Source of the DNA: an uncultured Elusimicrobia bacterium
GTDB lineage: Bacteria > Elusimicrobiota > Endomicrobiia > DTEH01
Direction of reading: 5' to 3'
DNA: 41,259 nt
Assembly: GCA_964521665.1 (NCBI GenBank)
Contig: CAZFSG010000002.1
Span: forward strand, 15,825 to 57,083
Shown: positions 19,484 through 28,040 of the stretch, piece by piece
How the letters are laid out: the number at the start of each line of letters is the position of its first letter
Position numbering within the stretch: position 1 is the first letter of the stretch
Program-made: the position numbers and the translations under genes
Notes under the pieces: generated by a model
The model's database searches: none
Told to the model about the DNA's origin: nothing
The model's input: the letters and a program-made list of their open reading frames with translations, nothing else

Positions 19484-21044
19484 TGTTTTCATAATATCTT
19501 TTAATTCCTGCAACAATACCGTTTGCAATCATGTTTTGAAATTCATATCGGTTTAATTTCAATTCTTCATTTGGGTTTGATATAAACCCACATTCTACTA
19601 AAACAGCAGGCATTTGTGCTCCACGTAATACATAAAATCCTGCTTGTTTAACTCCACGATAATTTTGTTGTGTTCTATTAGTTACTTCTTTACCTATTAA
19701 ACTACATAATTTTGACGATTCGTTTATAAATTCGTTAACTATCATTGACCATAAAAGTTTTTGTAATTTTGTAAGTTCTTCAGTTTGTTTCTCAAACCTT
19801 ACAACTTCGTTTTCAAGTTTTTCTGTAGCTACTGCATCAGGATCAGTTGCTTTCTCCGAAAGAAAATAAATTTCAAACCCGTGATCTGTACCTGTTGGTT
19901 TTTCTGCAGCATTACAGTGTATTGAGATAAAAAGATCAGCATTGTTTTTATTTGCAAACTCTGTCCTTTTAACTAAAGGAATAAAAACATCTTCTTCTCG
20001 TGTAAGTAAGACATTAAATCCTTCTTCTAAAAGTTTTTGTTTTACTAACAATGCTATTTTTAGGTTTATATCTTTTTCTTTTGTTCCGTATTTACCTACA
20101 GCACCTGGATCTTCTCCACCATGACCCGGATCTATAACTATTAACTTATTTGTTTTTTTGGTCAAGTTTTTATTTTCAACTCCTTCAGTTTTTTCTTTAT
20201 TTTCAGACTTAGACACATCTAGTGTTTGAGTAGAAATAAAAATTTGTTGTTGAGGAACAAAAGTTTCTTGTTCAGGTTGCTGTATTTTTTTTAAATATAA
20301 CAAAACTTTATTTTTGTTTTCTTCTTTTATTATATTAACTTTTTGTAGCTCTTCTGATAAAAAAATTTCTGATACAACATTTCCGTTTTGTTGATAAAGA
20401 ATAATTTTAGAAATCAACCCTCCTTCAACTTTAAATTCTTTTGCTTGAACTTTATTTGAAAAAAAAGTTAGAACTATTTTTTGATTATCAACATCGTAGT
20501 TATACTGAGTTCCATAGGGATATTTAAACTCAATTTTTGCTTCGTTTTTTGTCACATAATAATTTATATTTATTGTATCTTTCCAGTTTACTAACAACAA
20601 TCCTTCTTGTTGTCTATACTCTACATCAGCATTGACTATATTTACAAATTCAGGATTGTTTAGTATTGAGATAGGTACGAAAGTTCTGTTTCTTATATTA
20701 AAGACATTACTATTCAATAATATCCTTTTGTTAGACCATATAAAATAATTTTTGTCAAAGAAAAAGTATATTTTTTCACCTCTACAATTAAATCCTACAT
20801 ATTTACCTACAGGATAATACACTAATGTTGCATAAAATATCTTTGATAAATCTTTAAGTAATATATATTTTTCTTGTTCTCCTTTTATATAGTAAACAGG
20901 TAATTCTAAAACTTTTTCTGTATTTATAACAGTTTGAATAGTTGTATAAAGTGTTATTTCTTTTGTTGTAGAATGTAAAAAATTTAAAAATAGAATACTT
21001 AAAAACCAAAATATAACTTTTTTTAATTTTTTATTGGTAACCAT
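19476..21044 (-). CDS. Exported N-acetylmuramoyl-L-alanine amidase (Amidase_3, AmiB/AmiC-like) with large N-terminal targeting region
   Basis: Signal peptide; IDPGHGGEDPGA, EKDINL, FISIHCNA, PAVLVECGFISN; AmiC-like regulatory helix region (AVATEKLEN). Confidence 0.92.
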   Translation of the reverse strand: MVTNKKLKKVIFWFLSILFLNFLHSTTKEITLYTTIQTVINTEKVLELPVYYIKGEQEKYILLKDLSKIFYATLVYYPVGKYVGFNCRGEKIYFFFDKNYFIWSNKRILLNSNVFNIRNRTFVPISILNNPEFVNIVNADVEYRQQEGLLLVNWKDTININYYVTKNEAKIEFKYPYGTQYNYDVDNQKIVLTFFSNKVQAKEFKVEGGLISKIILYQQNGNVVSEIFLSEELQKVNIIKEENKNKVLLYLKKIQQPEQETFVPQQQIFISTQTLDVSKSENKEKTEGVENKNLTKKTNKLIVIDPGHGGEDPGAVGKYGTKEKDINLKIALLVKQKLLEEGFNVLLTREEDVFIPLVKRTEFANKNNADLFISIHCNAAEKPTGTDHGFEIYFLSEKATDPDAVATEKLENEVVRFEKQTEELTKLQKLLWSMIVNEFINESSKLCSLIGKEVTNRTQQNYRGVKQAGFYVLRGAQMPAVLVECGFISNPNEELKLNRYEFQNMIANGIVAGIKRYYENNE

Positions 21045-22450
21045 ATAGTAAACCTTGCACCTTTGTTTTCGCCTTCAGAATATACTGTTATTTTACCTTT
21101 ATGATGCAAAATTATATCTTTTGTAATTGCTAACCCGACGCCTGCAAACTTAGTTTTATCTTTAGTTGTAAAAAATGGGTCAAAAAGAAAATCTAAGTTT
21201 TCTTTTTTAATTCCACAACCTGTATCTTGTACCTCAATACATACATATTCATTTTCATCTTTTGACAAATAAGTTTTTATTTGCAAAATTTTAGTATCAA
21301 CATTTTCCATTGCCTGTATAGCATTATTTATTATATTAAGCAGTGCTTGTTGAACATGTGGTACAGAAACTTTTATTTTAGGTAAATTATCTGAAAAAAG
21401 GGTTATTACTCTTACATTTTGTGCTTTAAGTTCACTATCCGCTATAAACAATACATTATTAACAATCTCTGCAACATCAATTTCAGTATATTCGTATTCT
21501 TTCTGTCTAGAAAATTGTAATAACCGTGCTACACTTTCACGACATCTTAATGCTGCTTGCTCAATTTTTTTTACATAGTTTCTTAATGGTGAATCTGCAG
21601 GCAGTTTTTCATATAATATCTGTGCCATACCTAAAACACCTACCAATGGATTGTTAAGTTCGTGAGCAATACCTCCTGCAAGTTGACCTATGTTGGAAAG
21701 ACGGTCCATTTGGATAATTTGTGACTGTAAATTTTTTAAATCTTTCACCATACGATTAAACACAGAAAAAACATTATCAAACTCATCTCCTGTATTATAT
21801 TTTATCTCTTTGTATTCACCTTTTGCTAATAGTGATGTATGTTCTGCAATTGTTTTTAATGGTTGTATAAGGGAACGATAAATTTTTATGCCAAAATTTG
21901 CAGAAATAATTAATGCAAAAATTATAATTATTATAGATATCATTATGCTAATAAGGTTTATAAATAACATATATCTTTGTAATTTTTTCTCTTCTTTGTT
22001 CCATACCGATATATAATCTATCAATTGATTTGTTAAATTTTCATATACTGGAAAAAATTCTTGTATTGCCAAAGAAAATCTTTGTTCTTTATCAATTTGG
22101 TTAAAAACTTTTTCTACAACAGATAACAATTTTATATATTTTTGTTGTATAACATTTCTTTCTTCGATGTCAGATATCTTATCAATTAATTGTTTTATTT
22201 TTGTTGCTGCTAAAACAAAATTTTCTTTTTCTTTTTCGTCTGTTGTTAAAACATAAAAGTCAAAATGTAATCTTTGCGAAATTATTTGTTGAAGAATATT
22301 ATTTAATAAACTAATTTTATCTCGAGATTCAACATATTTAACAAAATATTCTCGTTGAAGCAACATACTTGTTATTAAAACTACAGATAGTAGTATTAAT
22401 AAAAATATAAAAAAAGAAAAGATAGCAATAATTTTGTCTCTTATTCTCAT
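21023..22450 (-). CDS. Membrane sensor histidine kinase (2 TM, periplasmic helical sensor, HAMP, HisKA, HATPase; NtrB-like core)
   Basis: H box IAHELNNPL, N box LLNIINNAIQAM, DTGCGI, FDPFFTTK, GVGLAI; HAMP PLKTI...DEF...FNRM. Confidence 0.93.
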   Translation of the reverse strand: MRIRDKIIAIFSFFIFLLILLSVVLITSMLLQREYFVKYVESRDKISLLNNILQQIISQRLHFDFYVLTTDEKEKENFVLAATKIKQLIDKISDIEERNVIQQKYIKLLSVVEKVFNQIDKEQRFSLAIQEFFPVYENLTNQLIDYISVWNKEEKKLQRYMLFINLISIMISIIIIIFALIISANFGIKIYRSLIQPLKTIAEHTSLLAKGEYKEIKYNTGDEFDNVFSVFNRMVKDLKNLQSQIIQMDRLSNIGQLAGGIAHELNNPLVGVLGMAQILYEKLPADSPLRNYVKKIEQAALRCRESVARLLQFSRQKEYEYTEIDVAEIVNNVLFIADSELKAQNVRVITLFSDNLPKIKVSVPHVQQALLNIINNAIQAMENVDTKILQIKTYLSKDENEYVCIEVQDTGCGIKKENLDFLFDPFFTTKDKTKFAGVGLAITKDIILHHKGKITVYSEGENKGARFTIWLPIKN

Positions 22451-22478
22451 TTTTATATTAGGCGAGGAAAAAATATTT

Positions 22479-23174
22479 TTATGTTCTTGAAATAATTATT
22501 TCAATTCTACGATTTTTAGCTCTATTCTCTTCGGTATCATTGTTCACAATAGGTCTATATTCGCCATATCCAACAACAGCAAAACGTTCTGCTGGCAAGT
22601 TCTTTTCTTTTATGAAATAATTTAATACAGATATAGCACGAGCAATTGAAAGTTCCATATTATTAGCATATTCTTTTGTTTTTATTGGAACATTATCTGT
22701 ATGTCCTTCAATAATAATCTTACATTCTTGTGGTAATGTAGATATTAGTTCTGCTAAATCATTAAGAATACTTTTTGCTTGTTGATCAAGTTCTGCACTA
22801 CCTGAAGCAAACAATACCGCTCGTTCTGAAAACACAACTCTAATTTTTTTTGCTGTAATAGAAACCTGTGCTGCATCGGTTAACCCCTTTTTTTGCATAT
22901 ATTCTCGCAATTTGTTTGCAAACTCAGTTTCTTTTTCCTTTTTTTTCAACTCTATACTTGATTTAAAATCTAAGTTTGCAAGTTGTGCTTGAACACGGTT
23001 CATTAATCGTTCATAATCAATATCGTTTAAATAATAAGTATATGCATATAATAAAAAGAAAAATATCATAAGGAATGTCATTAAATTACCATATGGTGTC
23101 ACCCAACTGTTTATGTCTATTTTATAATTATCTTCTTGTTGTTGAAGTTGTTTGTTAACTTTATTTTTTGCCAT
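22479..23174 (-). CDS. motB: MotB/PomB-like stator subunit with OmpA-like PG-binding domain; conserved TM Asp replaced by Asn
   Basis: WVTPYGNLMTFLMIFF TM helix; LFASGSAEL, IEGHTDN, ELSIARA, GYGEYRP, NRAKNRRIEI. Confidence 0.85.
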   Translation of the reverse strand: MAKNKVNKQLQQQEDNYKIDINSWVTPYGNLMTFLMIFFFLLYAYTYYLNDIDYERLMNRVQAQLANLDFKSSIELKKKEKETEFANKLREYMQKKGLTDAAQVSITAKKIRVVFSERAVLFASGSAELDQQAKSILNDLAELISTLPQECKIIIEGHTDNVPIKTKEYANNMELSIARAISVLNYFIKEKNLPAERFAVVGYGEYRPIVNNDTEENRAKNRRIEIIISRT

Positions 23175-23194
23175 AAAAAATTTTTAAAAAATTT

Positions 23195-23878
23195 TTATTT
23201 AATAATTTTTATTTCGATCCTACGATTTTTAGCTCGATTTTCTTCAGTATCATTTGGTGCAACAGGCCTATATTCACCATATCCTACACAAGAGATACGT
23301 TTTTCATCTATTCCTTCGTAAGTTATAAAATAATCTCTTACTGCGAACGCTCTTGCAGCTGATAGTTCCCAGTTTGATTTATATTTTCCCCTATGAATTG
23401 GTAGATTGTCAGTGTGTCCTTCTATTACAATATCGTTATTTATTGATTTTAAACTTTGTGCTACTTCATGTAGTACGCTTTTCGCTGTTTCTTTAAGTTC
23501 TGCTTTACCTAAATCAAACAATACTGGTGATGGTAAGTTTATAACAATCTCTTCTTCTTTAACTTCTACAGTAGCAATTTTTTCTAACTTTTTTTTAAGT
23601 TCGTCTGTTTCTTGTTCAACAATTTGCTGTTGTGTCACTTCTACTTTCTTACCAAGATCAGATAATGCACGCATAAGTTGTTCTCTTTTTGATGCTGAAA
23701 GACGAGTAAATGCAAATAATATTAAAAAAAATAAAGAAAGGTTTGTTGTCATATCAGAATAAACAGTCCGCCAGACATTTAAACCTTGTTTAATTTCTTC
23801 ACTTTCAATAATTTCTTCAGTTTCTTCGTATTCTTCTTCAACTTCTTCAATTTCTTCTTGTTGGTTTTTATTATTCAT
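23195..23878 (-). CDS. motB: MotB/PomB-like stator subunit with OmpA-like PG-binding domain; TM Asp retained
   Basis: WRTVYSDMTTNLSLFF TM helix; LFDLGKAEL, IEGHTDN, SNWELSAARA, GYGEYRP, NRAKNRRIEI. Confidence 0.88.
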   Translation of the reverse strand: MNNKNQQEEIEEVEEEYEETEEIIESEEIKQGLNVWRTVYSDMTTNLSLFFLILFAFTRLSASKREQLMRALSDLGKKVEVTQQQIVEQETDELKKKLEKIATVEVKEEEIVINLPSPVLFDLGKAELKETAKSVLHEVAQSLKSINNDIVIEGHTDNLPIHRGKYKSNWELSAARAFAVRDYFITYEGIDEKRISCVGYGEYRPVAPNDTEENRAKNRRIEIKIIK

Positions 23879-23885
23879 AACTTTT

Positions 23886-24650
23886 TTATTTCTTTTTTTG
23901 TCTCATTTTATGTGCTAAAAATGCCTGTAATCTTCTTGAAACAACGGATGGTATTTCGCCCGCTTGTATTGCTAAAATACCTTCAATAGCAACTTCTTTC
24001 AACAAAAGTTCTTCTTCAGTATAAGCGGCGAGTTTATTTGCTATTGGTAAAAAAATAAAGTTTGTGCCAAATATACCATAAAATGTTGTAATAACAGCAA
24101 CTGCCATCGAAGAACCAATTGCCTCAGGATTGGTAAGATTTTTAAGTACACCTACTACTCCTATTAACGTACCTAATAAACCGAACACTGGCGCATAAGC
24201 ACCCATACTACGAAATACTGCGTGAACTTGTTGATGTCTTCTTCGGATAAAAGTTATTTCTTTAATAAGATTTTCTCGCACTATTTCTGGTGGCAACCCA
24301 TCAAGAACCATTTGTAATCCGTCAACTAAAAAATGATCCTTTATTTTAGAAAGTTCATCTTGTAAAGAATCAATACCACTACGTTTTGCTTGCTCAGCAA
24401 GTTCTACTATTAATTTTATATATTTTTCTGCTGTCCATCTTCTTTGAGGGAACAATGCTAACATCATTGCTGCTGGTACACGCTTCAAAATTCTAAAAGG
24501 ATAAGTCAAAAATGTAGATGCTAGCGTTCCTCCTAATACAAGCACTAAAGATGGAAAATTGTATATCATATTAAGCAATCCACCTGCTTGTAAAGTATAG
24601 TATACTGCTCCTATACCTAAGGCTAAACCTACAATTGTCATTAGATCCAT
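23886..24650 (-). CDS. motA: MotA/PomA-like stator subunit
   Basis: MDL.TIVG, PSLVLVLGGT, FLVDGLQMVLDG, APVFGLLGTLIG, MAVAVITTFYG, FLPIANKL, EGILAIQAGE.P; 254 aa. Confidence 0.93.
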   Translation of the reverse strand: MDLMTIVGLALGIGAVYYTLQAGGLLNMIYNFPSLVLVLGGTLASTFLTYPFRILKRVPAAMMLALFPQRRWTAEKYIKLIVELAEQAKRSGIDSLQDELSKIKDHFLVDGLQMVLDGLPPEIVRENLIKEITFIRRRHQQVHAVFRSMGAYAPVFGLLGTLIGVVGVLKNLTNPEAIGSSMAVAVITTFYGIFGTNFIFLPIANKLAAYTEEELLLKEVAIEGILAIQAGEIPSVVSRRLQAFLAHKMRQKKK

Positions 24651-24653
24651 ATT

Positions 24654-24665
24654 TCTTACTCCTTT
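24654..24665 (-). promoter_or_regulatory. Shine-Dalgarno sequence for motA
   Basis: The minus strand reads AAAGGAGTAAGAAAT-ATG. Confidence 0.7.
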
Positions 24666-24712
24666 CTACTTGATCCTTCTAAATTTTTAATCTTGATCTA
24701 TAAACTATTAAT

Positions 24713-26275
24713 TCATACTTTTTTACCTGATTTTTTTTCTTCAACAACTTCAGGTTCAATAGTCATACTTTTTTGTTTTTCAACTTGTTCTTTAACAAAT
24801 TTACTTCTATCAATACTTATCTCTCCAGAATTAAGTAAATCGCGGACAACAGAGACCAACTTTTTTTGTTCATCTTTAATCACTTTTTCGCCTATCTCAC
24901 CTAAAAGATCCATTTGTTCTGCTAGCATTGCACGACCACCTTCTGTTAAACAATCCATAACTTTATTTTTAATCTCTTCAGAAGCACCTTTCAACATTAT
25001 TGCTAGCGAGATACCGCGACGTTGTGCTTCGCGCAAAATTTTTTGTAACGTTGTTTTATCAAGGAATAGTATATCTTCGAACAAGAAAATTTTTTGCCTT
25101 AATTTTTCAGCTAACACTGGATCTTGTAGGGACAATGTATGTAAAATGTCCTGTTGCACTTCTTTATCGGCTCTGTCTAACAATGACAAAAAATAATCTT
25201 CTCCACCAATACAGTAATCAATCTTTGATTTTATCTTTTCTTCAATCTCTTTGACTTCTTGTGGATCTGGCATCTTAACAGAGGCAAATTCTAATGCAAC
25301 TTTTGCTTGTGTTCTGTTATCTAACATAGACATAAATTCTCCAACTAAATCTAAAGGAAGATAACTTAGTACTAACGCAATAACAGATGGATCTTCGTCT
25401 TTTATTAGATAAAATAGACTTTTTAAATTATTTTTATTAATAAAATCAAAATGTTTTTTTGATGTATCTTCTTTCTTTTCCTCTCTTTTCCCACCTATTA
25501 CAAGTTCCATTGTGCCACCAGGTCCTGTAGCGGCTGGTAAACTTAAAGGTTCGGCACCTGGTAATAAGCTTGTTTGAGTCTGAGTTTGACTAGAAATTTC
25601 AGATTTTTCAGTAGCACGTAATCTTGTATCTGATTCAATTCTTAATTGGACTGCTTTTACTATAGTTTTAAAAAGAAATGTTACTGGTCCAAACAAAAAA
25701 ATAGCTAAAATTAATACTATCAAAGGAATATGCAAATGTGGCAAAATCTGTTCTAATATCATTTGCCATGTTGGTGTAGTTTGAAATTTTATTTTTGAAA
25801 TATTTATAACATCTCCCCGCGCTAAATTTAATCCTACCAGTGAATTTATAGCTGTTTTAATTCTATCAATTTTTTCTTCAGTAGTTGTTGCATCTACTCC
25901 TATATTTATTATGATTTTATCAATCACAAGTTGCATTGGAAGATTAGTTGCGGGATTAGTAATAGGGAGGTATGAATACGTAAGCCCAGGCAAATATTCT
26001 TCTTCTCTAATATAAATTCCAGGATATATTTGTTGTTGAGATAAGTCAATACTGTTAGCAGGGGTTTGTTCTGGTGTTTTTATTTCTATGTTTACAAGGA
26101 CAATAAAATTTTTATTTCCTAGAATTTTTTGTATTATTTCTTCACAACGGCTTTGTAAAGATTTTTCAAGATTAATTTTTTCTTCTGTTAAAGTCAACGA
26201 ATATACTTCTGAAGAATAAAAAATCACAAATAGTATCAAAGAAGTGATTATACTTATATATAGGACTTTTTTCAT
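24713..26275 (-). CDS. fliG: FliF(RBM3)-FliG(middle + C-terminal) fusion protein
   Basis: Signal peptide (aa 1-26); FliF-RBM3-like LEKSLQSRCEEIIQKILG...VLVNIE, IDKIIINIGVD, LVGLNLARGDVINISKIKF; TM helix ~aa 181-202; FliG-like FDFI, EDPSVIALVLSYL, GG hinge, DPVLAEKLRQKIFLFEDI, LAIMLKG, EQKKLVSVVRDL..SGEI. Confidence 0.82.
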   Translation of the reverse strand: MKKVLYISIITSLILFVIFYSSEVYSLTLTEEKINLEKSLQSRCEEIIQKILGNKNFIVLVNIEIKTPEQTPANSIDLSQQQIYPGIYIREEEYLPGLTYSYLPITNPATNLPMQLVIDKIIINIGVDATTTEEKIDRIKTAINSLVGLNLARGDVINISKIKFQTTPTWQMILEQILPHLHIPLIVLILAIFLFGPVTFLFKTIVKAVQLRIESDTRLRATEKSEISSQTQTQTSLLPGAEPLSLPAATGPGGTMELVIGGKREEKKEDTSKKHFDFINKNNLKSLFYLIKDEDPSVIALVLSYLPLDLVGEFMSMLDNRTQAKVALEFASVKMPDPQEVKEIEEKIKSKIDYCIGGEDYFLSLLDRADKEVQQDILHTLSLQDPVLAEKLRQKIFLFEDILFLDKTTLQKILREAQRRGISLAIMLKGASEEIKNKVMDCLTEGGRAMLAEQMDLLGEIGEKVIKDEQKKLVSVVRDLLNSGEISIDRSKFVKEQVEKQKSMTIEPEVVEEKKSGKKV

Positions 26276-26414
26276 TATTTTAATTCTAATAAAAATTATA
26301 AACGGCGAAAAAACTCACACTCCTAAAACCCACTAAAAAATCATAAAAAATTTTTTACTTAACTGCATCTAACAATTTATGTAATACATCTTTTAAACCC
26401 TAATTTCAATAGTT

Positions 26415-27518
26415 TTATATAAACTCCAAAATAATAGAATTTGACAGAAATAAATATGGGAACGAAATTTTTATCCTTCCGTTTTGTTTTACTAATTTTT
26501 TTTCATTAATTAATTTTTCAATTTGTTTTCCATATCTGTTTAGTATATTAGAATTCACCTCTAATCCTTTTTCAGTCCTCAATGCTAACATTATCCGTTC
26601 TTTTAACGCAGTTGCTTCATCTATAAATTCTATTGAATATAGAAACTTTTTATTTATATATTCTTCTATCGAGGAAACATTTTTAACTCTTTGATTGTTA
26701 AAAAACGATACTGAAGAAGGTCCAAAACCTATATATTCTTTGTATTGCCAATAACTTAAATTGTGTACACATTCATATCCATCTTTTGCAAAATTTGATA
26801 TTTCATATCTATTATACATATTTTTTTGTAATAATTCAACTATTAAATTATACATCTCTGCTTGAAAATCTGAGTCAATCTGTATACCCCACTGATGAAA
26901 CTTTGTCCCTTCTTCAATTGTAAGAGCATAACAAGAGATATGTTTTGGTAAACAAGATATTGCCTGTGTGATATCGTATTCAACATCCTTTAATTGTTGT
27001 GTTGGACAACCAAAAATAAAATCAAAATTATAATTTTTTATTTTTAATTTATTAAAAACTTCTACTGCATTATAAACATCAGATGATGTATGACACCGAC
27101 CAAGAATTTTAAGAATATTGTCATTAAAACTTTGAACACCTAAACTTAATCTCAAATTTGAATTATTAAAAAATTCTTTAATTACACTTATTTTTTCTTC
27201 ATTAACACTTTCAGGATTGAGTTCTACAGTAACTTCTTTTAGATATGTTAAATTAAAATGTTTTATTAAAACATGAAAAATGTGATTTATTTGTTCACAA
27301 GTAAAAACAGAAGGTGTTCCCCCACCAATATATAGTGTTGAAATTATTATATCAAAAAATTTATATTTTTTCTTAAACTGAACAATTTCTTCTTCTAATG
27401 AATTTAAAAATTGTGCAGCAAGATCTTCATCATATTGGACTGAATAAAAATCGCAATAATAACATTTTTTTCTACAAAATGGTATATGGATGTATAATCC
27501 GTAAGATTTCGTTGTCAT
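26415..27518 (-). CDS. hemW: Radical SAM heme chaperone HemW (HemN-like)
   Basis: LYIHIPFCRKKCYYCDF, YIGGGTPS, RLSLGVQSF, YEISNFA, HNLSYW. Confidence 0.9.
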   Translation of the reverse strand: MTTKSYGLYIHIPFCRKKCYYCDFYSVQYDEDLAAQFLNSLEEEIVQFKKKYKFFDIIISTLYIGGGTPSVFTCEQINHIFHVLIKHFNLTYLKEVTVELNPESVNEEKISVIKEFFNNSNLRLSLGVQSFNDNILKILGRCHTSSDVYNAVEVFNKLKIKNYNFDFIFGCPTQQLKDVEYDITQAISCLPKHISCYALTIEEGTKFHQWGIQIDSDFQAEMYNLIVELLQKNMYNRYEISNFAKDGYECVHNLSYWQYKEYIGFGPSSVSFFNNQRVKNVSSIEEYINKKFLYSIEFIDEATALKERIMLALRTEKGLEVNSNILNRYGKQIEKLINEKKLVKQNGRIKISFPYLFLSNSIILEFI

Positions 27519-27521
27519 AAA

Positions 27522-28040
27522 TTATTTCCCTGCTATACATTGTAGGAAACTTTCAATTTCTTTTATTTCAACATCAGTATTTATACAAGGTTTATTAACA
27601 ATTATGTTTGGTACAGCGATAACTTTATAGTCATCTACGTTACTAATTCCTATTACAAGTTCAGGTTTACATGCGACAGCTATAACAAGATCTGGACTAA
27701 TTTGCTCAACATACATTTTTGCAAGTTTTCCACCAGTAGCAACTTTGATAATTAAATTATATTTTTTACTAAGTTGTAATATATTTTTTATCTTGCAACG
27801 GCCACATTGTTGACAATTGTCTATAGACTCTATTATGTTCTTATTACAACTAAAATATTGTAAACATTTTGGTAGAAGTAGTAAAATTTTTGTGGGTTTG
27901 TTTTTTAAATTTTTCAAAATGACACTATTGTTTTTCTTTATAATAATATTAAGTAGTTTTAATGCTAATTTTTCAGGAAGAATTTGTGTTAACAAACTAC
28001 CAACTTTAAATAATTTTCTATAAATTGTGAAACTAATCAT
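27522..28040 (-). CDS. DUF116 family Cys-rich protein
   Basis: LLLLPKCLQ...C, CQQCGRCKI, VATGG.LA, IAVAC..EL..GI, PCINT; adjacent to fmt. Confidence 0.82.
   Translation of the reverse strand: MISFTIYRKLFKVGSLLTQILPEKLALKLLNIIIKKNNSVILKNLKNKPTKILLLLPKCLQYFSCNKNIIESIDNCQQCGRCKIKNILQLSKKYNLIIKVATGGKLAKMYVEQISPDLVIAVACKPELVIGISNVDDYKVIAVPNIIVNKPCINTDVEIKEIESFLQCIAGK

Noticed and set aside
22479-24650. Zorya (ZorAB), ExbBD or TolQR
   Set aside because: MotA is 254 aa with no long ZorA tail, the B subunits have MotB TM and OmpA-like motifs, no zorC/D/E or tonB is present, and the neighbour is FliG-like.
26276-26414. c-di-GMP riboswitch or sigma28/sigma54 promoter upstream of the motor cassette
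   Set aside because: I found no recognisable riboswitch core or convincing alternative-sigma box pair, only a TATAAT without a good -35 in AT-rich DNA.
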